Of a stretch of DNA of 64,000 nucleotides, positions 55,549-64,000 are shown piece after piece. The translations under genes and the position numbers were made by a program. Numbering within the stretch: position 1 is the first letter of the stretch; every line of letters begins with the position of its first letter. Under the pieces are notes generated by a model that made no database searches, had not been told where the DNA came from, and worked only from the letters and a program-made list of their open reading frames with translations. The DNA is from Balamuthia mandrillaris. Lineage: Eukaryota. The stretch spans positions 62,001-126,000 of the forward strand of contig JAVKOQ020000084.1 in assembly GCA_031835245.2 (NCBI GenBank), in the 5' to 3' direction.

Positions 55549-56000
55549 GTGACGATCGCTTGTGTTACTGTTTCTTCAACAGTTTCTCTCTCCGCTGTTG
55601 TTCAAAGGAAAGGCATGCCTTTCGGTTTATTTTTTCTTCCACCGTTTCTCTCTCGCTCTCTCTTTTCGTGGTAAAAGGCATGCCATTCGGTTCCTATAAC
55701 TCTTTGAGGCTGAAAGAAAAACGCCGAATAAGGAGAGGGTATATCCAGCGATACTCTCAGTTTTTTTCTCCGTGGGAGCATCACGCGTATCCTATTGCGA
55801 TATAGCCTCCAAGCCGGAAGACCACAGGAAGGAATGCCTCTTGGCTTTACATGAAACTGCACACTGGTAGGCATGAGCAAAGAAAGAATTAAAGAGGCGA
55901 TGAGACAGAAAGAATAAAAGTACCTTTTTATTGAATGAAAAGGTGGAAACTTATCGCTTGAAGAAGAACGGCAAGTGTTTTGCGTTTATGATGGCCTTCT

Positions 56001-56708
56001 TCACTCGAGTGGCCCCGATGTGAAGATCTCGGATTCTAGCAATCCTCGTTTGGCCCTTCTGACCGCTTCTCTTCTTCTGTCCACCTCCTGGAAGAGCCCA
56101 CGGAGGACGTTCGGTCCTCCACAACACCTCTCCTCTCGCTCTTCGTCCTTTCCCTCTCCTCTCAAGCATCTGCTGAGGCGGAGCCACATGGAGACGTATT
56201 CCAGGACTGGGGCGGCGATGAAGCCATGGGCAAGGTTCGGCTTGGCCTGGAACTCTTCGAAGCAAAAGTGGCCGATCACTTGCAACATGAAGCTGGTCAT
56301 CATCATCCCAAACCCAACCAACGTCAAGAAGTACCAATGATGCTCAAACGCTGGGTCGTGCTGGTGATGCCAGCCATAGAGGAGCGTTTGCTCGAGGCTC
56401 CAAGCGGCCCCCGCGAGAGGAAGGAGGACCAACACGGAGTAGGACAGGCCATAGAGGAACATGGGACGGGTCAGGAGAACGCAGTAGGCGATCAGGAAGG
56501 CCACCACGATGCAGAGCAGCACCAGCGCCACCTGCTCGTATTGGGGAGGCAGGGAGGAGGCCATCAGCATCACCCCCAACAGGTGGGTGTGGAGGAAGAG
56601 CAGGTGGTTCAGGTGGAGCTGCCAGGAGTGGTGGAAGAAGTAGTGGAAGAGCATGGCCGGGCGTAGAGGACCCAGCGCCGGGAACGACGGCACCACCGCT
56701 TCGTCCAT
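56001..56708 (-). CDS. Mpo1-like / DUF962 multi-pass membrane protein, intronless
   Basis: FHYFFHHSWQLHLNHLLF near the N-terminus, several TM segments and LQVIGHFCFEE..AAP. Confidence 0.65.
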   Translation of the reverse strand: MDEAVVPSFPALGPLRPAMLFHYFFHHSWQLHLNHLLFLHTHLLGVMLMASSLPPQYEQVALVLLCIVVAFLIAYCVLLTRPMFLYGLSYSVLVLLPLAGAAWSLEQTLLYGWHHQHDPAFEHHWYFLTLVGFGMMMTSFMLQVIGHFCFEEFQAKPNLAHGFIAAPVLEYVSMWLRLSRCLRGEGKDEEREERCCGGPNVLRGLFQEVDRRREAVRRAKRGLLESEIFTSGPLE

Positions 56709-57338
56709 CGGTTTCGCGTTACCTGGTGAGAGACTCGGCTTTTTGCTTTTTTCGACTGGACATTTGGGAGTTTTCGCCAGAAATTCCGTTTTATCATGTC
56801 GACACGATGATTCCAATATTTTTTTTTGTATCCGCTCTTCGTCATGTCTCCAGAACCATGGTTGGTTTGTCCAAGGGAGAACAGCCCATGGGGTCACTGG
56901 CCATGCAGGACACATTTTGTGCTTTCTGCGGGGTGCATATTTCGCGAAAAAGACAAATTTGACGACCCGTTTAGGGAAATGATTGGCCGAATTAACACAA
57001 AAAATATTTGAAAAAGAAAGAAGTAGCGCTGGTGGGACGAGACTTGGTTTTTTTTTTTGTTCTTTTCGCCGTAGCGCAAGATTGGCTTTCCTCTCTCTTG
57101 GCCTCTTCTTCCGACTGCCATCAGGATCGATCTTGGCGCGATATCAGGAAAAGTAAAACAGGTCTGAGAGGTTCTGTTTTTCTTTTTCTTTTTTTTTTTT
57201 TTGTAAACATTGAGAGCATTTTTTTTTTGCTTCATCGTGCCACTGCTACTTTTTTTTTTCGCTTAATCGGTTTCTTTTTTTTTTCTTCTGTCGCTAACTC
57301 TCCTCATGGTCGACCCAACAAAATACAGAAGGGTAAAC

Positions 57339-59753
57339 ATGGCTGACCTGCTGTCCCTGCTTCAAAGCAAGTCGGAGGAGCTGGAGCAGCAACCACAAAA
57401 CAACAACGCGGGTTCTGCCAATCATAACCATCATCACCACCAAAAGGAGGAGGAAGGGGAGGACGTTTACGATCTTCTTCCTCCTCCACCTTTGCTACCT
57501 CCATCCAACGACGAGCTCCACCATAACTTTAAAGATGGATATTCTCTCCCGCCTCCTCCAGATTTTTCTAGTGGCGGAGAGGAGGCAAACGAGGAAAGTG
57601 GCGAGGAGGAGAAGCCGACGAAAGAGGAGCCTGCTCTCTACTCCGTCACTTCTTCTCTTCTTTGTGAGGAGTATGTCGATCCGCTGAATAACAATAGGCC
57701 AAAGTCGTTGGACTGTTCCTCTTCCTCTGCCCCGCCTCTTCTTCCTGCCTCTCCTCCGCACGGGCTTCGCCGTTCGTCTGCTTACACCCCTTCTATTGCT
57801 CCGCCTCCTCTTCCTGCTTCTCCTCCGCATGGGCTTCGCCGTTCGTCTGCTTACACCCCCTCTTCCTCTACTTTGTTTGAACGCACCGCTTCGATCAACG
57901 CTGGCAACAACAGTGACAACAGTGACTTTGGCAAACAGGAAACACAAGATCCATTGCTTAGCAGAGCCTCCTATCCAACCGGTATTTCCTCCTCTACGCC
58001 AAACCTCAAAACGCACATCTCCTCGTCTCCACCGTCGCATGCGTTTGCTTCTGCCTCTGCTCTACCAACACCAGCAACAACCAATTTAGCCGGTCGCTCT
58101 TCCTCTGCTCCTCATCAATTGGAACATCCCCAACAAGAGAACAACACCAGCATGGCGGTAGCTATAGCGGCGTTGCAACCACGAAGCGCGAGTTGCATGG
58201 CCGGCAGTCGCGTTCCCGCCACCCCTAAAAGCGTTTCATTCTACTCTCCGCCGGCTTCTAGTAAAATAAATACAGGAGCAAATGAGCTGGGCCATCAACA
58301 AACTGTCACTGCAACAGCAACCGCAACCACAACAACAACAACAGCAATAGCCGGGTATGGATTGGAAGAAGAGGAGGAGCTCCTCGACTTTGCGTCATCT
58401 TCCACTACTGGAGCAGAGGGAGAGGAAAGTGCTACGGGCAGCGGCAAATGGATTGCCATCAACAGAGGAGGTGCCCAGCCCGGTAAGAAGGGAGGCTCTG
58501 TGTTTAAGCGGATGATGCGCCGAACTCCTGTATGCTTCTCCCTCTCTATTCTCTATTCCCTCTTACTCTCAACTCCTTTCGTTGCATATCTGCTTCTCTC
58601 TTCGCGCCTCTTCTCTTTTTTCTCGCTTCTCATATATCTCGCAACCACTATAGAAAAAAGAATCTAGAGACAAGTCTTCCACAGTAGAGATAGGCAACCT
58701 CCGACAAGAAACCAAAAGAGCTGCAGAAACCGCAGTAGCACCGCTTGACGACCCCACCAAGAAAAAAGACAAGAAAGGAAAAAAAGACAAAGAGAAACGG
58801 AAGAGAAGAGACAGCAAAAAAGCTTCCCTTGACGCGCCGCCTCCTCCTCCAATTACAAATATCTACAATAACAATCGTTTAGGAAATAGCAGCGCTGAAG
58901 GCTATAACAACAATAACGACTCGCAACAAACGTTAGAAGAGGAACTTGTAGAAATACCAAAAGATGTCAAAGTGGACATTAACAAGTTCCAGCTGAAGGG
59001 ATATGCAAAAAAGTATTTTGCGGCTCAGAAGAAGAGACGGTACATTTTCAAGCGCCAAGTTCCTCTCAAAGAAATGTTGGCCTTTCAGGACGTACGCTTT
59101 CCATCATTTTCCTTCTTCTGCTATTCGTTAGTTGGCTTACTTATCGCTTTTCCTTTTTCATTTGTTTGTTTGTTTGTTTGTTTGTTTGTTTGTTTGTTTG
59201 TTTGTTTGTTTGTTTGTTTGTTTGTTTGTTTGTTTGTTTGTTTGTTTGTTTGTTTGTTTGTTTGTTTGTTTGTTTGTTTGTTTGTTTGTTTGTTTGTTTG
59301 TTTGTTTGTTTGTTTGTTTGTTTGTTTGTTTGTTTGTTTGTTTGTTTGTTTGTTTGTTTGTTTGTTTGTTTGTTTGTTTGTTTGTTTTTCAAATGTTCAT
59401 CTCATTTATTTTGTTTTTCTCAATTTTTAAATGCTATTATTTGAAACTAACCAACTCTAAAAATCACAAATAGAAAAAGCTATTGCAACCCCTTCTCAGC
59501 TCTCACAAAGAGGGCAGCAGCAACAAAGCTTTATTGCTCTTCGAGACCATTTTGGAGTATCAGGGAGTTATCAAGAAAGGTACTCACGAAATGCAGCATG
59601 AAGCACGCTTGGCACGCGAAATTGTCAGCGAGGGCATCAGCCATGGAGAGCTACGTGATGAAATCTTTTGCCAGCTATGTAAACAAACGACTAATACTCC
59701 TAATTTGTACGTTGAATTCTTTTTATTTTTGTTGTTATGTGCTCCTTGCTTGC

Positions 59754-59805
<52 letters not shown>

Positions 59806-60549
59806 TGTACGTTTGTTCTTTTTGTCTTTTTCTTAATCAAATATTTTAAAAAATCAGAGAGTACGCCTACAAAGGATGGGAACTGCTCTGCTTCTGCTGC
59901 ATCTCCTTCGCACCCACTAAGAACTTTGAGGAGTGGCTCCGCAAGCATCTCGAGGAGTACCTTAAGTACAACAACAAGACCAACACCAAGGAACCTCAGT
60001 ACGCCTCCTATTGTCTCCGCAAGCTCGATCGCATCTGCAAGGCTCCTCCCTCGGCGCGCATCCCTTCGTTGAAAGAGCTTGAGATCCTCCGACTGGCTCC
60101 CTTTGGGCACCGTCCCTTCGGCTCCACCCTCGAGGAGATCATGCAAGCCCAAAGAGAGCAGTTTCCCTCTGCCTCGGTTCCTGTTTTGCTCCCTCGCCTC
60201 TGCGATGCCATCTTGCAGAACGGAGGATGTCAGCAGTTGGGACTGTTCCGCGTGAAAGGCTCGGGCAAGGACTTTTCGCAGGTCATGTCGGAGAAGAAGG
60301 CCGAGCTGGAGGCGGGAAATTATGATTGCTTGGAGGATTTGGGCGAGAACAATAACTGCAACCTGCCAGCAGAGCTGTTGAAGCTGTGGTTGAGGGAGCT
60401 GGCGGATCCTCCTATTCCTATTTCTTACTAGTACGATCATCTCCTTTAATGTTAATTTTGATTTGTTTTGCTGGTTTCTAACTCTTTTACTTACTCTGTC
60501 GTTGTTCCCTTCTGTTCTTTCTCCTTTTTTTTTTCATTTCGTTGTGTTT

Positions 60550-60591
<42 letters not shown>

Positions 60592-60910
60592 TCCCTCTCC
60601 CTCTAGTGAGCAAGGCATCAAGGCGAGCAGCAACCCCAAGAAAGTGGTAGAACTTGTACATAAACTGCCCAAAGAGAACCAAGCGACCCTCGCTTTCCTG
60701 ATCCGCTTCCTCCAGCACATCACCAAACCGGACATAGCGGCCGTCACCCAAATGGGGGTGGACAACGTTTCCTCCATCTTTGCCCCCAGTTTTTTGCGCA
60801 ACCCCTCGGACGACCCGCAGCTCATCCTGCTGAACACGAAGGCGGAGGCGGAGTTCATGAAGAACCTTTTGCTTCACCTGCAGCCGGAGGAGATCTTGCA
60901 CGAAAACTGA
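57339..60910 (+). CDS. MyTH4-RhoGAP protein (ARHGAP39-like) with Pro/Ser-rich N-terminus
   Basis: FQLKGYAKKYF, LRDEIFCQLCKQTT (MyTH4), PFGSTLEEIM, GLFRVKG (arginine finger), LLKLWLRELADPPIP and QMGVDNVSSIFAPSFLR. Confidence 0.9.
59161..59385. repeat. (TTTG)n intronic microsatellite, about 56 units
   Basis: Read directly from the sequence. Confidence 0.95.
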
Positions 60911-61113
60911 AGACGAGTTTGGCAAACACACATGCACAAAATTGTACACTGGCCGACCAAAATTATTTTTCTCATTTTTTCCAAATATTTTGACTTTTTT
61001 GTTATGATGTATAAAAAACGAAAATATATTTCACTTATTCAAATAATTAACCATTTTTTTAATTGGCCAAAAATATTACTTCTTTTCCAAATATTTACAT
61101 TGAAAAGCAATAA

Positions 61114-62986
61114 TTATTTTTCTTCTGTTGGGCGAGAAACGACGAGTTTGGCCATTGCGGAGTGTTCCGGCTCCATCTGGCTCAAAACCTTGGCCCAAAA
61201 GCCATCTCGGTGCCTCTTTCGTTCCACATCGTTGGTCACGTTCTTGGTGTTTTGGAGTACAGAGAAGATCATCGCTGGGGAGAGAGAAGCCAACATCCAA
61301 CCTTAAGTTGTTTGGTGAGTATGGCGTGAGAGAAATGAGAAGAGAGAGAAGAAGAGAGAAAAAAAAAGAGAGAAGAGAGAAGAGAGAAGAGAGAGAACGT
61401 ACTGCCTTGCTTGAACTCAGCTTCGAGTTGGCCAGGAGACCACACAGAGTGACCCAAGAAAAAATGAATATTCTTATCTGCCGGTTCTTCCTGTTCTTCC
61501 TTATTTTTCCATGCATTGCGAGAAAGACGAAAGGGATCTCCTCCACAATAAACACCACCAGGCAGTATACGCTTGATTTGATGACTAGCCATGCCTCTTC
61601 TTGCTTCCTCTTCTTCTTCCTCCTCCTCATCTTCCGCTTCTCTTTCTCTCTCTTCTGTTTGCTGATGCTTCCCAACCACTTGTTCTGCTTCTTTCACGTT
61701 GTTGCCTTCTGGTGTTGGCAGATGACGAGAGTAAGAGTGAAGGAAGAACAAATGGCCATTGACTGGTTGTTGGTAAGGAACCGGTCCTCCATACTGAATC
61801 GGTCTAGCTCCATACTCACTTGCTAACCGCACTAAGTTATCTTCTTCATCTCCTTGCTCCGCTTCTTCTTTTTCTTCCTCTTCTTCATCTTCTAAATCAT
61901 CACCTTCTTCCTCATCCTCATCTTCATCCTCATCCTCCTCATCTTCTGCATTTTCACTTTCACTTTGTTCCACTAATGTTCCTCTTCGTCGTGCTTTTAG
62001 AGCGTTGGCTCTATCTCTGTAAAGGAGTTGATGACGGATTATACTCGCGACTGTTTGCAGTTTACCCTCATCCACAAACGGGTTGTTGAGAATGATGCCT
62101 TTAGCTCCGCTTTTAGTGTTGTAATCGTAGAGAAGAACAGCAGAGCGTTTGAAGGCATCTCCCTCTAAGTTTGGGTGAGCAATTAGCACCGTTCCTTTTT
62201 GGAGCATTCGTGTGGTGCTTGCTGTTTCGTCTGTGCTGTCTTGTTGTCCGGTTTCCTGTGGATGTTGTTGTTGTTGTTGTGTATTTTCTTTGAGACCAAA
62301 CAGAGAGGCTTTGTTTGTTGATGGCAAAAAGAGAGAAGAATGAATAAATGAATGACTAGAACGCGGAGGAGAACAGCAGATTTGAAAGTGAAGAGAGCAG
62401 AGAAACAAAGAGAGAGAACAGAGAGAGAGAGAGAGAGAACAGAGAAAGAGGCCATATCAACGCACTATCAATGCCATATTTCTTGCCAGCACTGACGCAG
62501 CGTCCAATCTCTCTTATCGCAACCAAAGCCGCATCGATCAGTCGCTCCTTTTTCTTTAGTCCATTATTTTTTTTTGGGGCACTTCAGTGTTGTTGCAAAA
62601 ACTAACACAATCGAGCAGTGAGTGAAAAAAAAAAAAGGACAAACCAGTTGATCGGGTTCGTCTTTATGCCGATGGAAGACGTCTGTTAGGAACGACACTA
62701 CGGAGCGTTGCCGCGCGATGGCCGGGTTGTAAAAGAGCGTCTCCTTGTAGCCAAAGAACTCGGTGCTCAGCTCATCCACCACGGAATAAGTGTCGACTTG
62801 CTGTGGTTTGGCGGTGGGCCGCGTTGCTGCGAAAATAGGGGCCAAGGAACGAGCGGCGCCGGCGGAGGAGCGCAGGAAGAGAGTGGGGCGGAGGAGAAGG
62901 TACTTGAGCGCCGGTTCCCTGTCCAGCACCTTGCCCTCCCTCAATAGCGTCCGGTAGACCGTCCTCACTAGCGTGGCATCTCCCAT
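61114..62986 (-). CDS. DUF179/AlgH (YqgE, UPF0301)-like protein with an N-terminal LYR-like segment and acidic inserts
   Basis: GTVLIAHPNL..FKRSAVLL..GAKGIILNNP, YGGPV, FFLGHSVWSPGQLEAEF, spliced GSW and FWAKVLSQM. N-terminus VRTVYRTLLR. Confidence 0.8.
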
Positions 62987-63228
62987 TTTGTTCTGTTTTT
63001 TTTTGTTTTATACTATTCCTGTAGAATTGGTGCTCAATTACAGAACAAATTGAACTCCAAAAGCACCCATGATTTTTCAACACAAATGTTGAGTATGAAA
63101 GGAATGTTATTTATGCAAAGAATTTTTACATGTCTACAAATAAACAAAATAAGGACATCAAAGAAGCGACTGGATCTGATGCAGAAGTGTATGTGCATGA
63201 CGATAGGGGGGAAGGGTTTGTTGGCTCT

Positions 63229-64000
63229 CTAGAACAAGGCCTCGAGGAGAGCGCTGCTGGGAGTGGCGGCGGCGGACTCGGAGTCCTGCACCACCACCAC
63301 GTTCTGGCTCCTCTTCTTGCACTCGCAGCCCTCCTCGGAGGAGGACTCCTCCTGGTCGGGGAGGGTGGGGCTCTGGTCCTCGGGCAAGCGGTCCAACAGG
63401 CAGGCGGTGCGGGCGGAGACGCTGAAGGTGTAGCGGCACATGTCGTTGATGGAGGTCTGGGCGAAGCCCGTGGCCCTGCTGTTCACCGAGGGAGCCATGA
63501 TGTTGCTGCTGTGCCTGGCGCCGTAGTTGTGCCCGATCTCGTGGGCGGGGATGACCCAGCGGGCGTTGCCTCCCAGGTAGCCCGTGATGCCGCAGCCCTG
63601 GGTGGTGTACCTGCAGAGGGCGCTGTAATAGGCACGCCCGGCCACGCCCGTGCGGTCCGGCAGGCATCCGGAGAGCAAGTGCCAGAGGCCGATGGTGCGG
63701 TCGGTCTGGCGGACCCTCCAGTTGCAGAAGGGGGTGAGCCTGGTCTGCACGTCGGAGGGGCAGCTGGCGGTGTTGAAGTTGGTGGAGGAGGAGGAGGAGG
63801 AGGAGGAAGGGCTGGAGTTGATGACCAGGGACTTGATGACGGGCTTGTTGCGCACGGCGGTGTAGTAGTGGCCCTGCATGGTGGACCAGACGTAGGAGAT
63901 GGTGTTGGGGGTGCCGGAGGTGCCCCCCGCCTTGCGCACGTACTGGTTGTCCGTGGCCACGCCCATGAGCAGGTAGCTCGCGCTGCGAGGAGGGCAGCTG
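63229..64000 (-). CDS. Reprolysin/M12B-like metzincin zinc metalloprotease, C-terminal part (5' end outside window)
   Basis: AHEIGHNYGARH (HExxHxxGxxH) followed by NIMAP Met-turn. Upstream HLLSG..GVAGRAY..ALC. Confidence 0.85.
   Translation of the reverse strand, partial: SCPPRSASYLLMGVATDNQYVRKAGGTSGTPNTISYVWSTMQGHYYTAVRNKPVIKSLVINSSPSSSSSSSSTNFNTASCPSDVQTRLTPFCNWRVRQTDRTIGLWHLLSGCLPDRTGVAGRAYYSALCRYTTQGCGITGYLGGNARWVIPAHEIGHNYGARHSSNIMAPSVNSRATGFAQTSINDMCRYTFSVSARTACLLDRLPEDQSPTLPDQEESSSEEGCECKKRSQNVVVVQDSESAAATPSSALLEALF

Noticed and set aside
63158..63667. Alternative-frame 169-aa ORF over the metalloprotease
   Set aside because: GC-rich frame artefact. The HExxHxxGxxH frame is the real one.

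Overview
Gene-dense, intron-rich eukaryotic DNA. The short GT-AG introns filled with (TC)n, (TTTG)n and (TTC/TTG)n microsatellites, the GC-rich coding exons and the gene content suggest a free-living amoebozoan (Balamuthia/Acanthamoeba-like; inference only). The left part holds mostly housekeeping genes: a large Ig/ASH-like protein, HemW/RSAD1, NTPCR, eIF4A, F-box/SPRY, a SETMAR-like methyltransferase, PCBD, an NXPE-like protein, a CS-Sel1 tail-anchored protein, a NOL-like SDR and an F-box-ankyrin protein. The accessory centre (29.7-53 kb) holds a degenerate PIF/Harbinger/ISL2EU-type DNA transposon and four paralogous EGF-repeat type I surface-protein genes. One paralogue is a pseudogene disrupted by a Copia element. 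The right part holds a P450 with a lesion, an Mpo1-like gene, a MyTH4-RhoGAP, a DUF179 gene and a partial metzincin. Three observations stand out. (1) The full-length Copia gag-pol element is bounded by 55-bp terminal INVERTED repeats instead of two direct LTRs, yet sits in a near-perfect 5-bp TSD. (2) A ~1.9-kb interval (10.96-12.83 kb) lacks a credible protein gene but has nested long-range helices and a central TAACCCTAACC, making it a candidate telomerase RNA. (3) The EGF receptor array is mosaic, with near-identical stalk segments and divergent N-terminal domains. All calls were made by eye; no searches or folding programs were run.
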